From Candidatus Flexicrinis affinis (GTDB lineage: Bacteria > Chloroflexota > Anaerolineae > Aggregatilineales > Phototrophicaceae), in assembly GCA_016716525.1 (NCBI GenBank), contig JADJWE010000002.1, positions 579,951 to 643,950 on the forward strand: a stretch of DNA of 64,000 nucleotides. The letters run 5' to 3'. The position numbers and the translations under genes are program-made. Below the pieces are notes generated by a model. The model saw only the letters and a program-made list of their open reading frames with translations, was not told where the DNA came from and ran no database searches. This document shows positions 39,422 through 48,333 of the stretch, piece after piece (position 1 is the stretch's first letter; each line of letters opens with the position of its first letter).

Positions 39422-39436
39422 GAACTGGCCGATACG

Positions 39437-40696
39437 TCACTCAACTTCCGCGATCCGGCGTAGGAGGAACGCGCGTTCGGCGGCGTTGGTGCACAGGTCG
39501 AGCGCGCGCAGGTAGGCGGCGCGGGCTTCCGGCATCCACCCCAACCGGCGCAGCAGGTCGGCGCGGGCGGCGTGGAACAGGTGATAGCCGTCGAGCGCCC
39601 CGTCGTTTCCCAACGCGTCGATCCGGTCGAGACCGGCCTCCAACCCGTCGCTCATGGCGACGGCAACGGCGTGATTTAGCGCGACCACTGGCGTCGGGGC
39701 CAAGCGGTGGAGCGCGCCGTACAGCAGTGCGATCTGCGCCCAGTCCGTGCTGGCCGAGTCCGGCGACTGTGCGTGCAGCGCCGCGATGGCGGCCTGAATC
39801 TGGTACGGGCCGGCACGCTTGAGCGTAATCGCGTGGTCGAGGATGGCGACGCCGCGGCCGATCTGCGCGTGATCCCACTGCGACCGGTTCTGATCCTCGA
39901 GCAGCACGAGCTGTCCGTCGACCGATTGGCGCGCCCCGCGCCGCGCGTCGTGCAGCAGCATCAACGCCCATAGGCCGAGCGCCTCGGGGTCTTCGCGCAG
40001 GCCGCGCTCGTGCGCCAGCAGGTCGTTGAGTACGGCGGCCAGGCGGATCGCCTCGGTCGTCAGGTCGGGCCGCACGATCGACTCGCCCTCAGGCGCGCTG
40101 TACCCCGCGTTGAAGATCAGGTACAGCACCGACAGCACCGCATCGAGGCGGTCGGGGATGTCGGACGGCGACGGTACAGCGTATGGGATGCCCTCGTCCT
40201 TGATGCGCCGCTTGGCGCGCACCAATCGCTGCTGCAGAGTCGTCACCGGCACGAGGAACGCGGCGGCGATCTCCGACGCGCTCAAACCGCCGAGCGTGTG
40301 CAGCGTCAGCGCGACCTGCGCCTCTTTGCTCAACGCCGGGTGACAGCATGTGAACATCAGCTTGAGCCGCTCGTCCGGGATGTCCTCGGTGAGCATGTCC
40401 GGGTCCTCCGATGCGCCGCGCATCGCCTCCAGCGCGTGCAGGGTCGCCTTCTTGCGCTCGAAGTTCTGCTCGCGGCGTACGCGGTCGATGGCGCGATTGC
40501 GTGCCGTCGCCGTGATCCACGCGGCCGGATTGCGCGGAATGCCGCCCTCCGGCCAGTGTTCGAGCGCCGAGACGACCGCGTCCTGCAACACATCTTCAGC
40601 CAGCGCAAAGTCCCCTAGCGCGGCGATCAAGGCGGCGAGGACGCGCCCGTGCTCGTCGTGCAGCACCTTACGAATGGTGTCGTGAGTCGTCCGCAT
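39437..40696 (-). CDS. ECF-type sigma-70 family RNA polymerase sigma factor with a long C-terminal extension
   Basis: Region 2 ('AAWITATARNRAIDRVRRE') and region 4 ('GLSASEIAAAFLVPVTTLQQRLVRAKRRI'), followed by a ~200-aa extension. It lies downstream of a YciI gene, a common pairing. Confidence 0.75.
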   Translation of the reverse strand: MRTTHDTIRKVLHDEHGRVLAALIAALGDFALAEDVLQDAVVSALEHWPEGGIPRNPAAWITATARNRAIDRVRREQNFERKKATLHALEAMRGASEDPDMLTEDIPDERLKLMFTCCHPALSKEAQVALTLHTLGGLSASEIAAAFLVPVTTLQQRLVRAKRRIKDEGIPYAVPSPSDIPDRLDAVLSVLYLIFNAGYSAPEGESIVRPDLTTEAIRLAAVLNDLLAHERGLREDPEALGLWALMLLHDARRGARQSVDGQLVLLEDQNRSQWDHAQIGRGVAILDHAITLKRAGPYQIQAAIAALHAQSPDSASTDWAQIALLYGALHRLAPTPVVALNHAVAVAMSDGLEAGLDRIDALGNDGALDGYHLFHAARADLLRRLGWMPEARAAYLRALDLCTNAAERAFLLRRIAEVE

Positions 40697-40711
40697 CGGA
40701 ACCGGGTACGC

Positions 40712-41053
40712 CTAGAACTCGACGATCGGGCGAACCTCGACGCTGCCGTGTTTCGCACCGGGGATCATCGCCGCGACCTCGCACGCCTCTTCGATCGTGT
40801 TCGCCTCGATGACATAGTACCCGCCCAGCGCCTCCTTCGTCTCGGCGAACGGGCCGTCGGTGGTCAGCACCTTGCCGTCGCGGACACGCACGGTCTTGGC
40901 GGTCGCCACCGGGTACAGCGCCTCGCCGGTCATATTGACCCCGCGTGCGCGGGCTTTGGCGTTGAACGCATAGTACTCCTGCATCTCCGCTTGCTGCTCC
41001 GCCTCGGTCATGTTGGGCCGGTCTTCGCCGTAGATCAGCGCGATGTACTTCAT
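40712..41053 (-). CDS. YciI-family (DGPF domain) protein
   Basis: 'MKYIALIYGED...GPFAETKEALGGYYVIEANTIEEA'. Start is at the internal Met (41053) with a GGGAGA RBS. It is 16 nt upstream of the sigma-factor gene. Confidence 0.75.
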   Translation of the reverse strand: MKYIALIYGEDRPNMTEAEQQAEMQEYYAFNAKARARGVNMTGEALYPVATAKTVRVRDGKVLTTDGPFAETKEALGGYYVIEANTIEEACEVAAMIPGAKHGSVEVRPIVEF

Positions 41054-41191
41054 GCCTATCTCCCTCGAGTCGCTAGTCGTACGTGCGCGCCTACTATAAC
41101 GACGATCAGCGTATCGGAAAATCGACACTCATCATCTGTGCGGCTATGCAAGCAGACGTGTTGAGTTCCGGTTGGGTCAAACGCCTCAGCT

Positions 41192-41210
41192 ATTGGATAT
41201 CCAATTGGAT
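41192..41210. promoter_or_regulatory. AT-rich 14-nt perfect palindrome plus a third half-site in a divergent promoter region
   Basis: ATTGGATATCCAAT is followed by TGGATT (ATTGGAT x3). It lies between the yciI-sigma operon start (41053) and the hypothetical gene start (41290). Confidence 0.4.
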
Positions 41211-41289
41211 TGAACCACCGCCGCCCGGATCGCGTATTCTTTGTGTAGCACACAGACGCGGCAGGCGAAACGGGGGGTACCGTCAAGCC

Positions 41290-41967
41290 ATGGATGTCCA
41301 GACCCTCATCGAACGGCACGTCAATGCGCTCGGGGGAATACGCGCGGTACTCGATGTGCGCGCGCTGTCCATGCGCGGGCTCGTCACGGATGGACGACAC
41401 CGGACACGCGCCGTGCGCAGTTGGCGCCTGCGGCCCAATTACCTGCGGATCGACGTCGAAGAGGCGTCGGGCATTGCCGTCGAGGCGTGGGACGGATCGC
41501 ACGGGTGGGTCGTCCAACCCGAAGAGTCGCCCTATCCGGCGATCGTGTGGGGCCACACCGCGGAGGCCCTGAGGCGCGACAGCACGTTCGACAGCCCGCT
41601 CATCCTGCCCGAGCAGCACGGCGCGCGCGTCACCGGCTTGGGCGAGCGAGTCGTCAGCGGCCTGCCCGTTTACGGCGTGCGCGTCGTTGCACAGGACCAG
41701 TCTCAAACCGACTTTTACCTGCACCGCCAGTCGTACATGATCGCCATGACCGAGTCCCGCCCGCCGCTGACCGACGTGAACGCGTCACCATGCAAGTGCC
41801 TGTACACCGACTATCGCGTTGTCAGCGGAATGTTGATCCCGCATTACGTGGTGACCCTATGCACGGGAAACGGGCGTCATGAGACGTTCAGTTGGGAGGA
41901 GATCACGGCCAACCCGCCGCTTGATCCCGACTTTTTTCAGATGTCCGCCGCAGTAGCGGGCCGGTAG
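41290..41967 (+). CDS. Hypothetical protein (LolA-fold-like by composition only)
   Basis: Coding-like frame from the Met at 41290. The upstream part of the track ORF has a low coding-like character. I recognise no motif. Confidence 0.4.
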   Translation: MDVQTLIERHVNALGGIRAVLDVRALSMRGLVTDGRHRTRAVRSWRLRPNYLRIDVEEASGIAVEAWDGSHGWVVQPEESPYPAIVWGHTAEALRRDSTFDSPLILPEQHGARVTGLGERVVSGLPVYGVRVVAQDQSQTDFYLHRQSYMIAMTESRPPLTDVNASPCKCLYTDYRVVSGMLIPHYVVTLCTGNGRHETFSWEEITANPPLDPDFFQMSAAVAGR

Positions 41968-41997
41968 CAGCGGTCAGCGCGTGTAGCACTGACTACG

Positions 41998-42357
41998 TCA
42001 TCTCGCTGAACTCTCGAGGCAGCTCGCCGGAATCCAGCCCAGCTCACCGGATTCCGCTTCGACCCAGCACCATCCGCTTTCCTCGTCCAGCACCGCGACT
42101 GCGTCCCCTGCCGCCACGGTGAGCTCCCACGCGCTGTAAGCGCGTAAACACGTCCCGCGCTCGCCGTCGTGCTCGAGGTACGTTTCCGGTACCCAGCCCT
42201 GCTTGCCGGTGTCGGCGATGCACCACAACCACACGTGCCGGTCGTCCCAGACGTCGCGCTTGGTGATCTGCACCCGGTCTCCGGCCCGCAATACCACCGG
42301 ATCGTCGTACGACCGCGTGTGGGCCTTTATCACGGTGCGGCGCGCGCTTTGACTCAC
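41998..42357 (-). CDS. Small cytoplasmic protein made of two SH3-like repeats
   Basis: Two ~50-aa repeats ('VVLRAGDRVQITKRDVWDDRHVWLWCIADTGKQGWVPETYLE' and 'ELTVAAGDAVAVLDEESGWCWVEAESGELGWIPASCLE'). Its GTG start overlaps the alpha-galactosidase stop (GTGA). Confidence 0.45.
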   Translation of the reverse strand: MSQSARRTVIKAHTRSYDDPVVLRAGDRVQITKRDVWDDRHVWLWCIADTGKQGWVPETYLEHDGERGTCLRAYSAWELTVAAGDAVAVLDEESGWCWVEAESGELGWIPASCLESSAR

Positions 42358-44534
42358 TCGGAATTTCCCTCCTCTACGGCCTTAAGCCGCAGCACTCGGC
42401 TGTCGAAGTTGCCGAGCAGCAGCGGAATGCCGCCGTACATCCAGCCCGCGCCGGTGCGCACGCCTTCTCGCAGGTCGAGTGCAGCGCGCAGGTCGGAATC
42501 GAATCCATGGCCGCCGGTGTCCGCATGCGGCAGCTCGAGCGTCTCCAGCGTGTACAGCCGATCGGGTTCCAGCCCGCGCGGATACACCGTCAGCGGTACC
42601 GCCGGATCGGGGATATGCGTGCGGAAGGCGAAGATCACGGCTTCCGAAGGGAGATGCTGCGTGTCGTAATCTACGAAGTTCAGTGCCGTATAGCCCTCGG
42701 GCGTTTGGAGCCTATAGACCCTGCCGTTGTGCACGATGTGTCTGATCTGCTTGTACTGCGCGATGGCCGTGCGCGCCATGTCCTTCTCGGCATCGCCCCA
42801 CTTTGTGATGTCCGCGCCGATGCCGAAGACCCCGAACATGCTGACGTGCAGCCGGAAGCTCAGCGGCACGATCGGATCGCCCATGTCGGTCACCCACGCT
42901 TCCATGGTCGAGGCCGGGAACGCGTGCAGGTAATTGACCTGCATGGGCAGGCGGCGGGTCGGCATGGTGTTGTCGCTGATCCAGATCTGTTCGGCGTACT
43001 TGAGGATGCCGTAATCGGCGCGCCCGCCGCCTCCGGAGCACGACTGCCACACGATGTTCGGGTGGCGCCACCCCAACTGCTCCAACACGCGGTACAGCCC
43101 CTTGACATACTCGACCCAAATCTCGCGCGGATCGCCCGGGGCATCCGGCCAGCCCGGTTCGCTGACGTTGCGGTTCATGTCCCACTTGATAAACCGGATG
43201 TCCGCGCTCTTCAGCAGCGTGTCGAGTTCGGCAATCAGATAATCCTGCACGTCCAGACGCGCGAGGTTGAGGATGTACTGGTCGCGCATTTCGCTCGGTG
43301 TACGCGTCGGAAAATGGATGATCCAATCCGGGTGATTGCGATACAGGTCGCTGTCCGGGTTGACCATCTCCGGCTCGATCCACAGGCCGAACGTCATGCC
43401 CAGCGCCTTGACGCGCTCGGCCAGTGGCGACAAACCGTCGGGGAACTTGACCGGGTCGGGCGTCCAGTCGCCGAGGCCGGCCTTATCGATCGTCCGCCCC
43501 TTGAACCACCCATCGTCCATCACGAACAGCTCGACACCGAGGTCGGCGGCAATCTCGGCATAACGCGTCTGCGACTCAGTGTCGACGTCGAACGTCGAGA
43601 CCTCCCAACTGTTGAACAACACGGGTTTGGGGTGATCCCAACGCCGATCGCGATCTGGCATGAGGTATTCGCCCGCATGATCATGCAGGCAGTGGCTAGC
43701 ACCCGTATAGCCCTTGGACGTGTACCCGCCCCACGCGTGCGCCGTTTCAAACGAACGGCCCGAATCAAGCCGATACGCGAAGTCCCAGTCGTTGATTCCG
43801 GTCGCGACGCGCGTCGCGTAGAATCCGGTCACCTCGGCGCGGGTGGCCCAGTTGCCAGACCACAAGAGCGTGCCAAACCACACGTCGCCGTGCTCCTCGT
43901 CAGCGTCGACATCGAGCGACCACCACGGGTTGTGATGATGGCTGGTGGTGAGCCGGCGGCTTTCCAGCAGCTTGACACCTGGCGTGAGGCGTTCGGACTG
44001 CATCTGCCACTCGTCAAGCCACTTGCCGGTCAAGTGGCGCAGACGGTACTGCGGCCCGCGCGGGACGTTCCAGACCGCCGAATACGCCCGTTCGATCACC
44101 ATCGGCTCGTCGCCCTCGTTGCGAACCTCGACCCATCGTTCGATCAGATCGAAGCCGAAATGTGCCCAGTAATTGATGCTCACCTTTAGCGGGTAGTGGA
44201 CGTCCCTAAATACGACTTCAAGTAGGCCTTCCTCGCAGTCTGCTGACTCGAACTTCAGCACGGTATCGCGCACGCCATCCGGCTGGGTGATCTTGAGCGC
44301 AGGCTCGACGTAATTCGGGCCGGCGTAGGCCGGGTATTCGAGCTGATTCAGCGTACCGCGGTCGCTGAAGCTCGCCCACCGGCCGAGGTCTTGCGCAGGC
44401 GGGATGTCCTCGACCCGGTCGAGTCGGCGGCCCCAATAGCGCGTCACGAGCTGGCCGGCGGCGTTCAGGCCGACCGCGTAGGTTGTATTTTCCGTGTGCA
44501 GCACCCACGAGTCGGGCTGTTGATCGGTCGGCAT
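42354..44534 (-). CDS. Alpha-galactosidase, glycoside hydrolase family 36
   Basis: 726 aa with the GH36 hallmarks 'FVMDDGWF' and 'KWDMNRN', and a (beta/alpha)8 core flanked by N- and C-terminal beta domains. Confidence 0.85.
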   Translation of the reverse strand: MPTDQQPDSWVLHTENTTYAVGLNAAGQLVTRYWGRRLDRVEDIPPAQDLGRWASFSDRGTLNQLEYPAYAGPNYVEPALKITQPDGVRDTVLKFESADCEEGLLEVVFRDVHYPLKVSINYWAHFGFDLIERWVEVRNEGDEPMVIERAYSAVWNVPRGPQYRLRHLTGKWLDEWQMQSERLTPGVKLLESRRLTTSHHHNPWWSLDVDADEEHGDVWFGTLLWSGNWATRAEVTGFYATRVATGINDWDFAYRLDSGRSFETAHAWGGYTSKGYTGASHCLHDHAGEYLMPDRDRRWDHPKPVLFNSWEVSTFDVDTESQTRYAEIAADLGVELFVMDDGWFKGRTIDKAGLGDWTPDPVKFPDGLSPLAERVKALGMTFGLWIEPEMVNPDSDLYRNHPDWIIHFPTRTPSEMRDQYILNLARLDVQDYLIAELDTLLKSADIRFIKWDMNRNVSEPGWPDAPGDPREIWVEYVKGLYRVLEQLGWRHPNIVWQSCSGGGGRADYGILKYAEQIWISDNTMPTRRLPMQVNYLHAFPASTMEAWVTDMGDPIVPLSFRLHVSMFGVFGIGADITKWGDAEKDMARTAIAQYKQIRHIVHNGRVYRLQTPEGYTALNFVDYDTQHLPSEAVIFAFRTHIPDPAVPLTVYPRGLEPDRLYTLETLELPHADTGGHGFDSDLRAALDLREGVRTGAGWMYGGIPLLLGNFDSRVLRLKAVEEGNSE

Positions 44535-44676
44535 CGCGCTATCCTTTACGGTCGTTCTCGCCGGCCGGATTCTAGCAACGGTGGCGATTGAGAGCTATTG
44601 CACAAATCAGCACACAACGGCCAGTTCTGAATTACAATCTGCATTACGTCTACTTGCGCAGTTCGAACGGGCAACC

Positions 44677-46449
44677 ATGACCGATTTGTACGGCATCGTC
44701 TACATATTCACCCTTGCCGGGGCGATCTTCTCTGCTTTGGTCGCGTGGTTCGCGTGGCCCTATCGCCGGGACCTGACGACGATTCGCACCTATTCAGTTC
44801 TCATGGCGCTTGTGAGCGCCACTTGTATCCTGTATTGCATCCTGTGGACGACGCCTTCCGACGGCGTGGCATGGGCTGCAGCGCACCTGCGCTTTACCAC
44901 CCAAGCCATAATGCCGGTCGTCTTCCTCATCTCGGTCATGCAATTCGACCGCGGAAAATGGATGCTCAGCCCGTGGCATGCTGCCGGAATCTTTGCGGTA
45001 CCCCTGATTGTTATTGCATCGGTATGGAGCAACGAATATCACCAGTTGTTCGCTCAATCGTGGCGATTGCTCGGCATCGGAATGCTGCGCTACGATCAGG
45101 TCGTGCACGGCCCGGGCTGGCACCTTCACACGTTGTACAGCTATACAATGATCGGTGCTGCACTGCTGATCGGCCTGCGCGGCTCGCTTCGCCAAAATGA
45201 ACCGCACGCCGTCGAATACCTCTTGATTGTCCTGACGGTTCTGACCATCGTGATCGTCAACCTGCCGGTGGGCATATTGCTCCTCAACACGTGGACCACC
45301 AACCTGCTGGCGATCAGTCTCGTGGCGGCAGGCACAGTCTACGGATATGCCCTGCACCGCTATCGCCGATCCGGTTTCGTGCCGATCGCGCTTGAATACG
45401 TGTATAACACCATGCGCGATCCGGTTCTCGTGCTCAATGCCGACCGGCGGGTCGTTTCGGCCAATCCGGCGGCTTTGCATTTGTTTGGCCCGGCGACGAG
45501 TGCGGTCAAGGGCTATCAGCTCGAAGCCGCGTGCGCTAGACTTGTCGAAAGTGCCGAGGCCGTACCGGGTCGCGATGTCGAAGTGACCTTCCAGATCAAT
45601 GGTCAGCCGATGACCTTCGACATTCAGGTTCAGCCCATCACCGACGCCGGATCGCGACCCGCGGTGCTGGTGGTCATGCGTGACATCACCCAACGCATCG
45701 TCGCCGTGCGCCAATCGTTCGAGCTGAGCTTGGAAACCGAGAAGGTGCGGTTGTTGGAGCGTTTCATCTCCGACACCAGTCACGACCTGCGCACGCCCCT
45801 CACCATCATGCAGACTGCCGCCTACCTCGCGCAGCGGGCCGATGACCCTGCCAAGCGTGCCGCAAGGCTTGAGGAGATCGTGTCGCAGATCGGCCGCATT
45901 ACCCGCATTATCGACACGCTGCATCTGATGACCCGCCTCGACACGCTTGGAGCCGCGGCTGTCTCCGCCGTTCCGCTGAAGCAAACCGTCGTTCCGCTGA
46001 CGAGCGAACTAGAAGACCTGATACGTGCGCGCGGTCATACGCTCGTAACTGAATGTTCGGATGCCACCGTCCGCGGCGATCCCGAGCTGCTACGAATCGC
46101 TCTGCACCACCTGATCGGAAACGCGGCGCTGTATACACCGCCGGGCGGACGTATTGAGATTCGATGTCTGCCAACCGACGATCATGCCGTCATCACCGTG
46201 ACCGACAACGGCGTCGGAATCGCTGCGGACAACCTGCGCCTCGTCTTCGAACGGCTCGCCAAGGGTGATGCCGCGCGATCATCTCTTGGCGCTGGCCTCG
46301 GTCTCAGTATCGTACGCAAGGTCGCCGAGCTGCACGGAGGTACGATCGACGTCTTCAGTACGCCGGGGGCAGGCAGCACGTTCACCCTTAAGCTGCCGTT
46401 GTACCACTCACCTGCCGGCGCCGTGTCAAGCGGGTCGAGACTCATGTAG
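44677..46449 (+). CDS. Membrane sensor histidine kinase with an N-terminal 7TM sensor domain, PAS, HisKA and HATPase_c (paralogue 1)
   Basis: Seven N-terminal TM helices ('MTDLYGIVYIFTLAG...'), then PAS, then the H-box 'SHDLRTPLT' and 'GLGLSIVRKVAELHGG'. Start is at the Met at 44677 within the track ORF. Confidence 0.8.
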   Translation: MTDLYGIVYIFTLAGAIFSALVAWFAWPYRRDLTTIRTYSVLMALVSATCILYCILWTTPSDGVAWAAAHLRFTTQAIMPVVFLISVMQFDRGKWMLSPWHAAGIFAVPLIVIASVWSNEYHQLFAQSWRLLGIGMLRYDQVVHGPGWHLHTLYSYTMIGAALLIGLRGSLRQNEPHAVEYLLIVLTVLTIVIVNLPVGILLLNTWTTNLLAISLVAAGTVYGYALHRYRRSGFVPIALEYVYNTMRDPVLVLNADRRVVSANPAALHLFGPATSAVKGYQLEAACARLVESAEAVPGRDVEVTFQINGQPMTFDIQVQPITDAGSRPAVLVVMRDITQRIVAVRQSFELSLETEKVRLLERFISDTSHDLRTPLTIMQTAAYLAQRADDPAKRAARLEEIVSQIGRITRIIDTLHLMTRLDTLGAAAVSAVPLKQTVVPLTSELEDLIRARGHTLVTECSDATVRGDPELLRIALHHLIGNAALYTPPGGRIEIRCLPTDDHAVITVTDNGVGIAADNLRLVFERLAKGDAARSSLGAGLGLSIVRKVAELHGGTIDVFSTPGAGSTFTLKLPLYHSPAGAVSSGSRLM

Positions 46450-46560
46450 AGCGCCATACCGCTGTAACCGGATACGCGACGCCGCGCAAACCTACACACA
46501 CCATAGGTCAGCAGCGGCTTACAATACCGGTAACGAATTGTGCGCAGCCCGCAGCGGCTC

Positions 46561-48333
46561 ATGACTGACCTGTACGGTATCGTTTACATCTTCACCCTTG
46601 CCGGGGTGCTCTTCAGCGCCGGGCTGGCGTATTTTGGTTGGCGCCAACGCCACGACGCGCCGGTGATGTACACCTATGCCGTGCTGTCGGCGGGTGCCGC
46701 GCTGGCCAGCCTGATGTACTGCATCGTCTGGACGACGCCATCGCCCGAGCTCGCATATATCGCCGCGCGGATCCGCTTCACGAGCCACGCGTTCATCGCC
46801 GTGCTGTTCCTCATGATCGTGCTGCAGATCGAGGGCGTGTCGGTCAGCAAACACCGCTGGTGGTTTGGCGTGCTTGTGGTCGTGCCGATCATCGCAATGA
46901 CCGCCTTGTGGACGAACGACAGCCACCTTTTGTTTTTCCGGTCGTGGGAACGACTGCCGGTCGGCTCATTGATGATCGAAATCATTGAGCATGGCCCGGC
47001 TTGGCACCTGCACACCGGCTACAGCTACCTGATGATCCTGTTGGTGCTCATCCTCTGCGTACGCGGGCTGCTGCGCAAGGGTCAAACGCGTACCACCGAA
47101 TACATGCTGATGCTGGTCACGATGCTGACTCTAGTCGTGTTCAACATCCCCGGCGGCGTGCTGCAGGGCGATCAGCGCGTCCCGATTCTGGTGCCGGTCA
47201 GCTTCGTCGTCGCCGATGGGATCGTCGGCTATGCGCTCTATCGGCACATTGTGTCCAGCCTCGTGCCGATGGCGCTGGACGCGGCGTTCAACAGCATGGA
47301 AGACCCGATGCTGGTGATCAACCAGGACGAACGGGTTACCGCCGCCAATCCGGCGGCACATCGCCTCGCGGGCGTGGAGCGCGGCAAGCTGATTGGCGCC
47401 AAGCTGTGCGAAGTCCCGGGTAATGTGTTCGCTCAACTTGTGCAGCGCAGCGAATCGACGTTCGAAGTCGAAATCCCACGGGCCGGGCATCCCGCGACCT
47501 ATGACGTGCGCATCTCGCCCATCGAGGTTTCCGGCAGGCCACGCGGTACGCTGATGGTCCTACGCGATATCACCCAGCGCGCGGTCGCCAACAAGCGCAG
47601 CATGGAACTGCGACTGGAGCAGGAAAAGGTCCGAATGCTGGAGCGCTTCATCGGCGACACCAGCCACGATCTGCGCACGCCGCTAACGATCATGGACACC
47701 GCGCTCTATATCGCAGAACGTACCAGCGACCCGGTCAAGCGCAGCCAGAAGCTCGCCGAGGTCAGCGTGCAAATCCACCGCGTCAGCCGAATCATCGAGT
47801 CGCTGCAGTTCATGACGCGACTCGACTCGCTGCAGACGATGCGCATATCCAGCATCTCGCTGCAGAGCGCAGTCCAACCGCTCCCTGACGAGCTTGACGA
47901 ATTGATTCAGGTGCGCGGACACACACTGATCGTGGACTGTGATGACGCGTACATCAAAGCCGATCTCGAGCTGCTGCGCAGCGCGGTCCACCGGCTGATC
48001 GAGAACGCCGCGCAGTACACGCCCAACGGCGGGACGATTCGGGTAGAAGCGGGAGTCGTCGGCGAATCGGCCGTCATTGCCGTATCCGACAATGGGACCG
48101 GCATCTCCGCAGACAAAATGCCGCACATCTTCGACCGGTTCACAAAGGCGTCGCCGGCACGTACGTCGACGGGCGCTGGTCTCGGCCTCGCCATCGTCCG
48201 TAAGATCGCCGAACTGCACTGCGGATTGGTCGACGTGTCGAGCGAAATTGGCAAAGGCAGCACGTTCCTGCTGTTGCTGCCTGCACGGCTGTCAACGACA
48301 ACCTTGACCGGTAGCGCACTGCTCAATGCCTGA
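46561..48333 (+). CDS. Membrane sensor histidine kinase with an N-terminal 7TM sensor domain (paralogue 2, tandem duplicate)
   Basis: Same architecture and start ('MTDLYGIVYIFTLAG...') as the preceding gene. The 5' leader is also partly conserved. Confidence 0.8.
   Translation: MTDLYGIVYIFTLAGVLFSAGLAYFGWRQRHDAPVMYTYAVLSAGAALASLMYCIVWTTPSPELAYIAARIRFTSHAFIAVLFLMIVLQIEGVSVSKHRWWFGVLVVVPIIAMTALWTNDSHLLFFRSWERLPVGSLMIEIIEHGPAWHLHTGYSYLMILLVLILCVRGLLRKGQTRTTEYMLMLVTMLTLVVFNIPGGVLQGDQRVPILVPVSFVVADGIVGYALYRHIVSSLVPMALDAAFNSMEDPMLVINQDERVTAANPAAHRLAGVERGKLIGAKLCEVPGNVFAQLVQRSESTFEVEIPRAGHPATYDVRISPIEVSGRPRGTLMVLRDITQRAVANKRSMELRLEQEKVRMLERFIGDTSHDLRTPLTIMDTALYIAERTSDPVKRSQKLAEVSVQIHRVSRIIESLQFMTRLDSLQTMRISSISLQSAVQPLPDELDELIQVRGHTLIVDCDDAYIKADLELLRSAVHRLIENAAQYTPNGGTIRVEAGVVGESAVIAVSDNGTGISADKMPHIFDRFTKASPARTSTGAGLGLAIVRKIAELHCGLVDVSSEIGKGSTFLLLLPARLSTTTLTGSALLNA

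Noticed and set aside
37941-39436. Prophage or integrative-element origin for the low-G+C islets.
   Set aside because: No integrase, recombinase, tRNA/tmRNA target or direct repeats are visible at the boundaries. I report them only as compositionally atypical islets.
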